Source: Escherichia coli (GTDB lineage Bacteria > Pseudomonadota > Gammaproteobacteria > Enterobacterales > Enterobacteriaceae). From it: 64,000 bases of DNA. The stretch lies in assembly GCF_024700885.2 (NCBI RefSeq), contig NZ_CP117016.1, one strand, 5' to 3'. The notes under the pieces were generated by a model. It made no database searches. It was not told the origin of the DNA and was given only the letters and a program-made list of their open reading frames with translations. Below are positions 26,701 through 38,900 of the stretch, in pieces; the stretch's first letter is position 1; every line of letters begins with the position of its first letter. The position numbers and the translations under genes were made by a program.

Positions 26701-29700
26701 CGAAAAAGAAAAAACGCTGGCGGCATACGTTGTTCCTCAGGGCGAGGCTTTTTGCGTTACCGATCATCGGAACCCGGCACTGCCGCAGGCGTGGCACACG
26801 CTTGCGGGAACGTTGCCCTGTTGCGCCATCTCGCCAGAGATCTCCGCAGAACAGGTAGCCGATTTCCTTCAGCATCGCCTGCTAAAACTGAAGCCGGGTC
26901 ACACCGCTGGCGCCGATCCTCTCCCCCTGATGAACTCACTCGCTATCCAGCCGCGCTGGCAGGCCGTGGTGGAACGCTGGTTAGCATTTCTGGTGACACA
27001 ACGGCGACTGAAGCCCGCTGCTGAAGGTTATCAGGTCTGCGCTGGTGAAGAACGCGAGGATGAGCACCCGCACTTCAGCGGACATGATTTAACGTTATCG
27101 CAAATTCTTCGCGGTGCCCGTAACGAACTGTCGTTACTGAACGACGCGCAGTGGTCGCCGGAAAGCCTGGCCTTTAACCATCCGGCCAGCGCCCCGTATA
27201 TTCAGGAACTGGCGACAATTTGCCAACAGCTTGCACAGCGCTTACAGCGCCCGGTACGCCTGCTTGAGGTGGGAACCCGCACTGGCCGCGCCGCAGAATC
27301 GCTGTTAGCACAGCTCAACGCCGGACAGATTGAGTATGTCGGGCTTGAGCAGAGCCAGGAGATGCTGCTGAGCGCCCGGCAGAGGCTCGCCCCCTGGCCT
27401 GGCGCCCGTCTGTCCCTCTGGAATGCAGACACGCTGGCGACGCACGCTCACTCGGCGGACATTATCTGGCTTAATAACGCCCTGCATCGTCTGCTGCCGG
27501 AAGATCCCGGGCTCCTTGCGACATTACAACAGCTTGCCGTTCCCGGCGCGCTGCTCTACGTGATGGAGTTTCGCCAGTTAACGCCGTCCGCCCTACTCAG
27601 CACGCTCCTGTTAACCAATGGGCAGCCGGAGGCCTTGCTGCATAACAGCGCCGACTGGGCGGCATTATTTAGCGCGGCCGGCTTCAACTGTCAGCATGGC
27701 GATGAGGTCGCGGGGTTACAACGCTTCCTCGTACAATGTCCTGACAGGCAGGTGCGCCGCGATCCCCGTCAACTTCAGGCCGCCCTCGCCGGGAGTCTGC
27801 CGGGGTGGATGGTGCCGCAACGGATCGTATTCCTCGACGCCTTACCGCTGACGGCTAACGGGAAAATTGACTACCAGGCGCTGAAGCGTCGTCATACCCC
27901 TGAAGCGGAAAACCCGGCCGAAGCGGATTTACCCCAGGGCGACATTGAAAAACAGGTTGCCGCCCTCTGGCAGCAACTCTTATCAACTGGCAATGTCACC
28001 AGAGAAACCGACTTCTTCCAGCAAGGCGGCGATAGCCTGCTGGCGACCCGTCTGACCGGGCAACTTCATCAGGCAGGTTATGAAGCGCAATTAAGCGACC
28101 TGTTTAATCATCCCCGGCTGGCGGATTTTGCCGCCACGCTGCGGAAAACCGACGTCCCGGTCGAACAACCATTCGTCCACTCCCCTGAAGATCGCTACCA
28201 GCCCTTTGCGCTTACCGACGTGCAGCAGGCTTACCTGGTGGGGCGTCAGCCGGGCTTTGCCCTGGGCGGCGTCGGCTCACATTTCTTTGTTGAATTTGAA
28301 ATTGCCGATCTGGACCTCACCCGGCTGGAGACGGTCTGGAACCGATTAATCGCCCGCCACGATATGCTGCGCGCCATCGTGCGTGATGGACAGCAACAGG
28401 TGCTCGAACAGACGCCCCCTTGGGTGATACCCGCACACACCCTCCATACGCCTGAAGAGGCGTTGCGGGTGCGCGAAAAACTGGCGCATCAGGTACTCAA
28501 CCCCGAAGTGTGGCCGGTATTCGATCTCCAGGTCGGATACGTGGACGGGATGCCTGCCCGCCTGTGGCTGTGTCTGGATAACCTGTTGCTTGACGGTCTG
28601 AGCATGCAGATCCTGCTGGCGGAGCTGGAGCACGGCTACCGCTACCCGCAACAGCTGCTTCCGCCGCTGCCCGTCACCTTCAGGGATTATCTGCAACAAC
28701 CCTCGCTACAGTCGCCCAATCCAGATTCTCTGGCATGGTGGCAGGCGCAGCTTGATGATATTCCTCCGGCGCCTGCGTTGCCGCTGCGCTGCTTGCCTCA
28801 GGAGGTTGAAACACCGCGCTTCGCCCGCCTGAACGGCGCACTGGACAGCACGCGCTGGCATCGGCTGAAAAAACGGGCGGCTGACGCCCATCTCACCCCG
28901 TCGGCCGTACTGTTGTCGGTGTGGTCAACGGTTCTCTCTGCATGGAGTGCACAGCCTGAGTTCACGCTTAACCTTACGCTTTTCGACAGGCGACCGCTGC
29001 ACCCGCAAATCAACCAGATTCTGGGCGATTTCACCTCGCTGATGCTGCTGAGCTGGCATCCCGGCGAAAGCTGGCTGCACAGCGCGCAGTCACTACAGCA
29101 GCGGCTGAGCCAGAACCTCAACCACCGCGATGTGTCAGCCATCCGCGTGATGCGTCAACTGGCGCAACGGCAAAACGTGCCTGCCGTTCCGATGCCCGTC
29201 GTCTTTACCAGCGCACTGGGCTTTGAGCAGGATAACTTCCTCGCCCGGCGTAATCTGCTCAAACCGGTCTGGGGCATCTCCCAGACGCCGCAGGTCTGGC
29301 TCGATCACCAGATTTATGAATCCGAAGGCGAACTGCGCTTTAACTGGGATTTTGTCGCCGCGCTGTTTCCTGCCGGGCAGGTGGAGCGCCAGTTTGAACA
29401 GTATTGCGCATTGCTAAACCGAATGGCCGAGGATGAAAGCGGCTGGCAACTGCCGCTCGCCGCGCTGGTGCCTCCCGTTAAACACGCAGGGCAATGCGCA
29501 GAGCGCTCACCGCGCGTATGCCCTGAGCACTCTCAGCCACACATTGCGGCGGACGAGAGCACCGTCAGCCTGATTTGCGACGCCTTCCGCGAGGTGGTTG
29601 GCGAGTCTGTCACGCCCGCAGAAAACTTCTTTGAGGCGGGCGCAACGTCGCTGAATCTGGTGCAACTGCACGTTTTGTTACAACGTCACGAATTTTCCAC

Positions 29701-29827
29701 CCTGACGTTGCTTGACCTCTTCACCCACCCTTCTCCTGCTGCCCTGGCCGATTATCTGGCCGGCGTCGCCACGGTGGAGAAAACAAAACGACCTCGCCCT
29801 GTTCGCCGTCGTCAGCGGCGGATATAG
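23720..29827 (+). CDS. irp2: yersiniabactin NRPS HMWP2 (ArCP-Cy-A-PCP-Cy-PCP)
   Basis: 2035 aa from Met at 23720 (strong SD aggagg); carrier-protein Ser motifs [24 protein letters not shown]; cyclisation DxxxxD motifs DLLIMDASS and DNLLLDGLS; adenylation core [12 protein letters not shown]. Confidence 0.92.
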   Translation: MISGAPSQDSLLPDNRHAADYQQLRERLIQELNLTPQQLHEESNLIQAGLDSIRLMRWLHWFRKNGYRLTLRELYAAPTLAAWNQLMLSRSPENAEEETPPDESSWPNMTESTPFPLTPVQHAYLTGRMPGQTLGGVGCHLYQEFEGHCLTASQLEQAITTLLQRHPMLHIAFRPDGQQVWLPQPYWNGVTVHDLRHNDAESRQAYLDALRQRLSHRLLRVEIGETFDFQLTLLPDNRHRLHVNIDLLIMDASSFTLFFDELNALLAGESLPAIDTRYDFRSYLLHQQKINQPLRDDALAYWLAKASTLPPAPVLPLACEPATLCEVRNTRRRMIVPATRWHAFSNRAGEYGVTPTMALATCFSAVLARWGGLTRLLLNITLFDRQPLHPAVGAMLADFTNILLLDTACDGDTVSNLARKNQLTFTEDWEHRHWSGVELLRELKRQQRYPHGAPVVFTSNLGRSLYSSRAESPLGEPEWGISQTPQVWIDHLAFEHHGEVWLQWDSNDALFPPALVETLFDAYCQLINQLCDDESAWQKPFADMMPASQRAIRERVNATGAPIPEGLLHEGIFRIALQQPQALAVTDMRYQWNYHELTDYARRCAGRLIECGVQPGDNVAITMSKGAGQLVAVLAVLLAGAVYVPVSLDQPAARREKIYADASVRLVLICQHDASAGSDDIPVLAWQQAIEAEPIANPVVRAPTQPAYIIYTSGSTGTPKGVVISHRGALNTCCDINTRYQVGPHDRVLALSALHFDLSVYDIFGVLRAGGALVMVMENQRRDPHAWCELIQRHQVTLWNSVPALFDMLLTWCEGFADATPENLRAVMLSGDWIGLDLPARYRAFRPQGQFIAMGGATEASIWSNACEIHDVPAHWRSIPYGFPLTNQRYRVVDEQGRDCPDWVPGELWIGGIGVAEGYFNDPLRSEQQFLTLPDERWYRTGDLGCYWPDGTIEFLGRRDKQVKVGGYRIELGEIESALSQLAGVKQATVLAIGEKEKTLAAYVVPQGEAFCVTDHRNPALPQAWHTLAGTLPCCAISPEISAEQVADFLQHRLLKLKPGHTAGADPLPLMNSLAIQPRWQAVVERWLAFLVTQRRLKPAAEGYQVCAGEEREDEHPHFSGHDLTLSQILRGARNELSLLNDAQWSPESLAFNHPASAPYIQELATICQQLAQRLQRPVRLLEVGTRTGRAAESLLAQLNAGQIEYVGLEQSQEMLLSARQRLAPWPGARLSLWNADTLATHAHSADIIWLNNALHRLLPEDPGLLATLQQLAVPGALLYVMEFRQLTPSALLSTLLLTNGQPEALLHNSADWAALFSAAGFNCQHGDEVAGLQRFLVQCPDRQVRRDPRQLQAALAGSLPGWMVPQRIVFLDALPLTANGKIDYQALKRRHTPEAENPAEADLPQGDIEKQVAALWQQLLSTGNVTRETDFFQQGGDSLLATRLTGQLHQAGYEAQLSDLFNHPRLADFAATLRKTDVPVEQPFVHSPEDRYQPFALTDVQQAYLVGRQPGFALGGVGSHFFVEFEIADLDLTRLETVWNRLIARHDMLRAIVRDGQQQVLEQTPPWVIPAHTLHTPEEALRVREKLAHQVLNPEVWPVFDLQVGYVDGMPARLWLCLDNLLLDGLSMQILLAELEHGYRYPQQLLPPLPVTFRDYLQQPSLQSPNPDSLAWWQAQLDDIPPAPALPLRCLPQEVETPRFARLNGALDSTRWHRLKKRAADAHLTPSAVLLSVWSTVLSAWSAQPEFTLNLTLFDRRPLHPQINQILGDFTSLMLLSWHPGESWLHSAQSLQQRLSQNLNHRDVSAIRVMRQLAQRQNVPAVPMPVVFTSALGFEQDNFLARRNLLKPVWGISQTPQVWLDHQIYESEGELRFNWDFVAALFPAGQVERQFEQYCALLNRMAEDESGWQLPLAALVPPVKHAGQCAERSPRVCPEHSQPHIAADESTVSLICDAFREVVGESVTPAENFFEAGATSLNLVQLHVLLQRHEFSTLTLLDLFTHPSPAALADYLAGVATVEKTKRPRPVRRRQRRI

Positions 29828-29914
29828 CGCGAAGCAAACTGATTTTCCCCGGAACGCCATCGCGAACGCATGGCGTTCCATTGACTTTGTGAATCTTAGG
29901 AAACGGGACCGATT

Positions 29915-32900
29915 ATGGATAACTTGCGCTTCTCTTCTGCGCCGACAGCAGATTCCATTGATGCATCGATCGCTCAACACTACCCGGACTGCGAACCTGT
30001 CGCGGTTATCGGCTACGCCTGCCATTTTCCTGAATCGCCGGATGGCGAAACGTTCTGGCAAAATCTGCTGGAAGGTCGTGAATGCAGCCGACGCTTTACG
30101 CGCGAAGAGCTTCTGGCCGTCGGTCTGGATGCCGCCATCATTGACGATCCTCATTATGTCAATATCGGTACGGTGTTAGACAACGCCGACTGCTTCGACG
30201 CCACCCTGTTTGGCTATTCGCGACAGGAAGCGGAGTCGATGGACCCGCAGCAGCGCCTGTTTTTGCAGGCGGTCTGGCATGCGCTGGAACATGCCGGTTA
30301 TGCCCCCGGCGCCGTCCCCCATAAGACCGGCGTTTTCGCCTCTTCCCGGATGAGTACCTACCCCGGTCGCGAAGCATTGAACGTGACAGAAGTCGCGCAG
30401 GTAAAAGGTCTGCAATCTCTGATGGGCAATGATAAAGACTATATTGCCACCCGCGCCGCGTACAAACTCAACCTGCACGGCCCGGCGTTATCGGTACAGA
30501 CCGCCTGCTCCAGCTCGCTGGTTGCCGTGCATCTGGCCTGTGAAAGCCTGCGCGCAGGCGAATCCGATATGGCGGTGGCCGGCGGCGTGGCGCTCTCTTT
30601 CCCCCAGCAGGCGGGCTATCGCTACCAGCCCGGAATGATTTTCTCTCCCGATGGCCACTGTCGTCCTTTTGACGCCTCGGCTGAGGGCACCTGGGCCGGT
30701 AATGGTCTCGGCTGCGTGGTTCTGCGTCGCCTGAAAGACGCGCTACTGTCAGGCGATCCGATTATCTCGGTGATCCTCTCCAGCGCGGTCAATAACGACG
30801 GCAACAGAAAGGTCGGCTATACCGCCCCTTCCGTCGCCGGGCAGCAGGCGGTCATCGAAGAGGCGTTAATGCTGGCGGCCATCGACGACAGGCAGGTAGG
30901 TTACATTGAAACCCACGGCACCGGCACACCGCTGGGCGATGCGATTGAAATAGAAGCGTTACGCAACGTCTATGCGCCGCGCCCGCAGGACAGGCGCTGT
31001 GCGCTCGGTTCCGTGAAAAGCAATATGGGGCATCTGGATACCGCGGCAGGCATTGCCGGACTGCTGAAAACCGTTCTGGCCGTCAGTCGCGGACAAATTC
31101 CACCCTTATTGAATTTCCACACCCCCAACCCGGCGCTGAAGCTTGAGGAGAGCCCCTTTACCGTACCAGTGTCGGCGCAAGCGTGGCAGGATGAAATGCG
31201 CTATGCGGGCGTATCCTCCTTTGGTATTGGCGGCACCAACTGCCATATGATCGTCGCCTCGCTGCCCGATGCGCTCAACGCGCGCCTCCCCAATACGGAT
31301 GGCGGCAGAAAAAGTACTGCGCTGCTGCTCAGCGCCGCCAGCGACAGCGCGTTGCGGCGGCTGGCGACGGATTATGCCGGGGCGCTGAGGAAGAATGCGG
31401 ATGCCAGCGATCTGGCCTTCACGGCCCTGCACGCGCGCCGTCTCGATCTTCCTTTCCGCCTGGCGGTGCCATTAAACCGTGAAACCGCCGACGCGCTCAG
31501 CACCTGGGCTAGTGAGAAATCGGGGGCGCAGGTATACAGCGGCCACGGCGCCAGCGGCAAGCAGGTGTGGCTGTTTACCGGCCAGGGCTCGCACTGGCGC
31601 ACTATGGGCCAAACGATGTACCAGCACTCAACGGCGTTTGCCGACACGCTGGATCGCTGTTTTTCCGCCTGTAGCGAAATGCTCACGCCGTCACTGCGCG
31701 AAGCGATGTTTAACCCCGATTCGGCGCAGCTGGACAATATGGCCTGGGCGCAGCCGGCGATTGTCGCGTTTGAAATCGCGATGGCGGCGCACTGGCGTGC
31801 TGAAGGACTGAAGCCAGACTTCGCCATTGGGCATTCCGTCGGTGAATTTGCCGCTGCCGTTGTCTGCGGACACTATACGATTGAACAGGTCATGCCACTG
31901 GTTTGTCGGCGCGGCGCGCTAATGCAGCAGTGCGCAAGCGGCGCGATGGTGGCGGTATTTGCAGACGAAGACACGCTGATGCCGCTGGCTCGCCAGTTTG
32001 AGCTGGATCTCGCCGCCAACAACGGTACGCAACATACGGTATTTTCCGGGCCGGAAGCCCGTCTCGCGGTATTTTGCGCCACGCTCTCGCAGCATGACAT
32101 TAACTATCGTCGCCTGAGCGTAACCGGTGCGGCGCACTCCGCTTTACTGGAGCCGATACTCGATCGGTTCCTGGACACCTGCGCGGGACTGCACGCGGAG
32201 CCGGGGCAAATACCGATTATTTCCACGCTCACCGCCGACGTCATTGATGAGTCAACGCTCAACCAGGCGGATTACTGGCGCCGACACATGCGCCAGCCGG
32301 TGCGTTTTATCCAGAGTATTCAGGTGGCGCATCAGCTCGGCGCCCGCGTTTTTCTGGAGATGGGGCCCGATGCCCAGTTGGTTGCTTGCGGGCAGCGCGA
32401 ATACCGCGATAACGCATACTGGATAGCCAGCGCCCGGCGTAACAAAGAGGCGAGCGATGTCCTCAATCAGGCCCTGCTCCAGCTTTACGCTGCCGGCGTC
32501 GCCCTACCGTGGGCCGACCTGCTGGCGGGCGATGGACAACGTATCGCTGCGCCATGTTATCCGTTTGATACTGAACGTTACTGGAAAGAGCGCGTCTCCC
32601 CGGCCTGCGAGCCTGCCGACGCAGCGCTGTCTGCCGGGCTGGAGGTGGCGAGTCGCGCCGCGACAGCGCTCGATCTCCCTCGCCTGGAAGCGCTTAAACA
32701 GTGCGCCACGCGACTGCACGCCATCTACGTCGATCAACTGGTACAACGCTGTACCGGCGATGCCATTGAGAACGGCGTGGACGCCATGACCATCATGCGC
32801 CGTGGACGTCTGCTGCCCCGCTACCAGCAGCTACTCCAGCGCCTGCTGAATAACTGCGTGGTCGACGGCGATTACCGCTGCACCGACGGGCGATACGTCC

Positions 32901-35900
32901 GCGCCCGCCCCATTGAACATCAACAGCGGGAATCACTGCTGACGGAACTTGCCGGTTATTGTGAAGGTTTTCAGGCTATTCCCGACACCATCGCCCGTGC
33001 CGGCGATCGGTTATATGAAATGATGAGCGGCGCGGAAGAACCGGTGGCGATTATCTTCCCGCAAAGCGCCTCCGACGGCGTGGAAGTGCTGTATCAGGAA
33101 TTCAGCTTTGGCCGCTATTTCAACCAAATCGCCGCCGGGGTATTACGCGGCATTGTCCAGACGCGTCAGCCCCGCCAGCCGTTGCGTATTCTTGAAGTTG
33201 GCGGCGGAACCGGCGGCACCACCGCGTGGCTGCTGCCGGAACTCAACGGCGTTCCGGCACTGGAGTACCATTTCACCGATATCTCGGCGCTGTTCACCCG
33301 TCGCGCCCAGCAGAAATTCGCCGACTACGATTTTGTGAAGTATAGCGAGCTGGATCTCGAAAAAGAGGCGCAGTCTCAGGGTTTCCAGGCACAGTCTTAC
33401 GATCTTATCGTGGCAGCGAACGTGATTCACGCCACCCGCCATATTGGCCGCACGCTCGATAATCTGCGCCCCCTGCTCAAGCCGGGCGGGCGCCTGCTGA
33501 TGCGCGAAATCACCCAGCCAATGCGTCTGTTTGACTTCGTTTTCGGCCCGCTGGTTCTTCCGCTACAGGATCTCGACGCCCGCGAAGGTGAGTTATTCCT
33601 CACCACCGCTCAGTGGCAACAACAGTGCCGCCACGCCGGATTCAGCAAAGTGGCGTGGCTACCGCAGGATGGCAGCCCGAACGCCGGGATGAGCGAACAT
33701 ATCATTCTCGCCACGCTGCCCGGTCAGGCGGTTAGCGCCGTAACATTCACCGCGCCATCAGAACCCGTGTTGGGGCAGGCGCTGACGGATAACGGTGATT
33801 ATCTCGCCGACTGGTCTGATTGCGCAGGTCAGCCCGAACAGTTTAACGCCCGCTGGCAGGAGGCATGGCGTCTGCTTTCACAGCGTCATGGCGACGCTCT
33901 GCCTGTGGAACCGCCCCCCGTCGCCGCCCCGGAGTGGCTGGGGAAGGTTCGCTTAAGCTGGCAAAACGAAGCCTTTTCCCGCGGTCAGATGCGCGTTGAA
34001 GCCCGTCATCCTGCTGGCGAGTGGCTGCCGCTATCGCCCGCCGCGCCTCTTCCTGCGCCGCAAACGCATTATCAATGGCGCTGGACGCCCCTCAACGTCG
34101 CCAGCATTGACCATCCGCTTACCTTTAGCTTCAGCGCCGGTACGCTTGCGCGCAGCGACGAGCTGGCGCAATACGACATCATTCACGATCCGCACGCCTC
34201 TTCACGACTGATGATTGTTGAGGAGAGCGAGGATACGCTGGCCTTAGCGGAGAAAGTGATAGCAGCGCTCACCGCCAGCGCAGCCGGATTGATTGTGGTT
34301 ACTCGCCGCGCGTGGCGAGTCGAGGAAAATGAAGCACTCTCTGCATCCCATCACGCGCTATGGGCCTTGCTTCGCGTCGCGGCCAACGAACAGCCGGAAC
34401 GGTTGCTTGCCGCCATCGATCTCGCCGAAAACACCCCGTGGGAAACGCTGCATCAAGGGTTGAGCGCAGTCTCACTATCACAGCGCTGGCTCGCCGCACG
34501 GGGTGACACCCTTTGGCTTCCTTCACTGTCGCCCAATACGGGATGCGCCGCTGAATTACCGGCAAACGTGTTTACCGGCGATAGCCGCTGGCATCTGGTG
34601 ACCGGAGCGTTTGGCGGATTAGGCCGCCTTGCCGTGAACTGGCTCAGAGAAAAAGGGGCGCGACGCATCGCCCTGCTGGCGCCGCGCGTGGATGAGTCAT
34701 GGCTACGCGACGTGGAGGGCGGGCAGACGCGCGTCTGCCGTTGTGATGTGGGCGATGCCGGGCAACTGGCCACGGTTCTTGACGATCTGGCGGCCAACGG
34801 CGGCATTGCCGGAGCGATTCATGCCGCTGGCGTATTGGCTGACGCGCCCTTGCAGGAGCTTGATGACCACCAGCTGGCTGCCGTTTTCGCGGTAAAAGCG
34901 CAGGCGGCAAGCCAGCTGTTGCAAACCCTGCGCAACCACGACGGACGCTATCTTATTCTCTACTCTTCCGCTGCCGCCACCCTCGGCGCGCCGGGTCAGA
35001 GCGCCCATGCGCTGGCCTGCGGCTACCTGGACGGGCTGGCCCAGCAGTTTTCCACCCTTGATGCGCCGAAAACGCTCTCTGTCGCCTGGGGCGCATGGGG
35101 AGAAAGCGGTCGGGCGGCCACGCCGGAAATGCTGGCGACGCTCGCCAGCCGAGGTATGGGCGCGTTAAGCGATGCCGAAGGCTGCTGGCACCTGGAACAG
35201 GCGGTGATGCGCGGCGCCCCGTGGCGACTGGCGATGCGCGTTTTTACCGACAAAATGCCCCCGTTACAACAGGCTCTGTTTAACATCAGCGCCACAGAAA
35301 AAGCCGCAACGCCGGTCATTCCTCCTGCTGATGACAACGCCTTTAACGGCAGCCTGAGCGATGAAACAGCGGTGATGGCATGGCTGAAAAAGCGGATTGC
35401 GGTTCAGCTAAGGCTGAGCGATCCGGCGTCACTGCATCCAAACCAGGATCTGTTGCAACTCGGCATGGACTCGCTGCTCTTCCTTGAACTCAGTAGCGAT
35501 ATTCAGCACTACCTGGGTGTACGCATCAATGCGGAACGGGCGTGGCAGGATCTGTCTCCTCATGGACTCACGCAGCTTATCTGTTCTAAGCCAGAGGCGA
35601 CGCCTGCCGCTTCGCAGCCGGAAGTGTTGCGGCACGACGCCGACGAGCGTTATGCGCCCTTCCCTTTGACGCCCATTCAGCACGCCTACTGGCTGGGGCG
35701 AACCCACCTCATTGGCTATGGCGGCGTCGCCTGTCACGTCCTGTTTGAGTGGGATAAACGCCACGATGAGTTCGATCTCGCCATACTGGAGAAAGCATGG
35801 AACCAGCTCATCGCACGCCACGATATGTTGCGTATGGTGGTTGATGCCGACGGGCAGCAGCGAATCCTGGCGACAACGCCGGAGTATCACATCCCGCGTG

Positions 35901-38900
35901 ACGATCTGCGCGCGCTTTCCCCGGAAGAACAGCGCATCGCGCTGGAAAAACGGCGGCATGAACTGAGCTATCGCGTTTTGCCTGCCGACCAGTGGCCTCT
36001 TTTTGAGCTGGTGGTCAGCGAAATCGACGATTGCCATTACCGTCTGCATATGAACCTCGACCTTTTGCAGTTTGATGTGCAGAGTTTTAAAGTCATGATG
36101 GACGACCTGGCGCAGGTCTGGCGCGGTGAAACGCTGGCACCGCTCGCTATTACCTTCCGTGATTATGTGATGGCTGAACAGGCGCGCCGACAGACATCGG
36201 CATGGCACGATGCCTGGGATTACTGGCAGGAAAAACTGCCGCAACTGCCCTTAGCGCCAGAGCTGCCGGTGGTTGAGACGCCCCCGGAAACGCCACACTT
36301 CACCACCTTCAAATCGACGATCGGCAAGACAGAATGGCAGGCCGTGAAACAGCGCTGGCAGCAGCAAGGCGTCACACCGTCTGCCGCGCTGCTCACGCTG
36401 TTTGCCGCCACCCTTGAGCGCTGGAGCCGTACCACAACATTTACGCTGAACCTGACGTTCTTCAATCGCCAGCCGATCCATCCGCAAATCAACCAGTTGA
36501 TTGGTGATTTTACCTCCGTCACGCTGGTTGATTTTAACTTCTCAGCGCCGGTGACGTTGCAAGAGCAGATGCAACAGACCCAACAGCGCCTCTGGCAAAA
36601 CATGGCGCACAGTGAAATGAACGGTGTTGAGGTGATCCGTGAGCTGGGCCGCCTGCGCGGATCACAACGTCAACCGCTGATGCCGGTAGTGTTTACCAGT
36701 ATGCTGGGGATGACGCTGGAAGGCATGACTATCGATCAGGCGATGAGCCATCTGTTCGGCGAACCCTGCTATGTATTCACGCAAACGCCGCAGGTCTGGC
36801 TGGATCATCAGGTCATGGAGAGTGACGGCGAGTTGATGTTTAGCTGGTACTGCATGGACAACGTGCTGGAACCCGGCGCTGCCGAGGCGATGTTTAATGA
36901 CTATTGCGCCATCCTGCAAGCCGTCATCGCCGCCCCTGAAAGCCTGAAGACTCTCGCCAGCGGCATCGCCAGGCACATTCCCCGCCGACGCTGGCCGCTG
37001 AACGCGCAGGCGGACTACGACCTGCGGGATATTGAGCAGGCGACGCTCGAATACCCCGGCATCCGGCAGGCCAGAGCGGAAATAACCGAACAGGGCGCGT
37101 TGACGCTGGATATCGTGATGGCCGACGATCCTTCGCCATCAGCGGCGATGCCTGATGAGCACGAACTTACCCAACTGGCGCTGCCGTTGCCTGAGCAGGC
37201 GCAGCTTGATGAGCTGGAGGCGACCTGGCGCTGGCTGGAGGCGCGTGCGCTACAGGGGATCGCGGCTACGCTAAATCGTCACGGCCTGTTTACCACGCCG
37301 GAGATCGCCCATCGCTTTAGCGCAATAGTACAGGCGCTGTCCTCGCAAGCGTCTCACCAGCGTCTGCTGCGCCAGTGGCTACAGTGTCTGACGGAAAGAG
37401 AGTGGTTAATCCGCGAAGGTGAAAGCTGGCGCTGCCGCATTCCGCTCAGCGAGATTCCTGAGCCTCAGGAAGCGTGCCCGCAAAGCCAATGGAGCCAGGC
37501 GCTGGCGCAGTATCTGGAAACCTGCATCGCCCGGCACGACGCCCTCTTCTCCGGGCAGTGTTCTCCGCTGGAATTGCTGTTCAACGAGCAGCATCGCGTT
37601 ACCGACGCGCTGTATCGCGACAACCCCGCCAGCACCTGTCTGAATCGCTATACCGCGCAGATTGCCGCCTTGTGCAGCGCAGAACGGATTCTGGAGGTTG
37701 GCGCCGGAACCGCAGCCACTACCGCGCCGGTGCTGAAGGCCACGCGGAACACGCGACAGTCGTACCACTTCACGGACGTCTCCGCGCAGTTCCTCAATGA
37801 CGCCAGAGCCCGTTTCCATGATGAATCGCAGGTGTCTTATGCCTTGTTCGACATCAACCAGCCGCTGGATTTCACCGCCCACCCGGAGGCGGGTTACGAC
37901 CTGATCGTTGCCGTCAATGTGCTCCACGACGCCAGCCATGTCGTCCAGACGTTGCGCAGATTAAAACTGTTGCTGAAAGCCGGCGGACGTTTGCTGATCG
38001 TTGAAGCGACGGAGCGAAACAGCGTATTCCAGCTGGCGAGCGTGGGCTTTATTGAGGGATTAAGCGGATACCGCGATTTCCGCCGCCGGGATGAGAAACC
38101 GATGCTCACCCGCTCCGCATGGCAGGAGGTTCTCGTTCAGGCCGGGTTTGCAAACGAGCTGGCGTGGCCCGCGCAGGAATCGTCGCCGCTGCGCCAGCAT
38201 CTGCTGGTAGCGCGTTCGCCTGGCGTAAATCGCCCGGATAAAAAAGCCGTGAGCCGCTATTTACAGCAGCGCTTTGGCACCGGTCTGCCCATTTTACAGA
38301 TCCGGCAAAGAGAAGCGTTATTTACGCCGCTGCATGCCCCGTCTGATGCGCCGACTGAGCCAGCCAAACCCACGCCAGTTGCCGGGGGGAATCCGGCACT
38401 GGAAAAACAGGTGGCTGAACTCTGGCAATCGCTGCTGTCTCGCCCCGTGGCAAGGCATCACGACTTTTTCGAACTGGGCGGCGACAGCCTGATGGCGACA
38501 AGGATGGTCGCGCAGCTAAACCGGAGAGGGATTGCCAGGGCTAACCTTCAGGATCTGTTCAGCCATTCGACGCTGAGCGACTTCTGCGCCCATCTACAGG
38601 CGGCTACGTCAGGAGAGGACAACCCGATACCCCTTTGCCAGGGCGACGGTGAGGAAACCCTGTTTGTCTTCCACGCTTCAGACGGCGATATCAGCGCCTG
38701 GCTGCCGCTCGCTAGCGCGTTGAACAGGCGCGTTTTCGGCCTGCAAGCAAAATCGCCGCAGCGCCTTGCCACGCTCGACCAGATGATCGATGAGTATGTC
38801 GGGTGCATCCGTCGTCAGCAGCCTCACGGCCCTTATGTGCTGGCGGGTTGGTCGTATGGCGCGTTTCTTGCGGCGGGCGCCGCACAACGCCTGTACGCCA

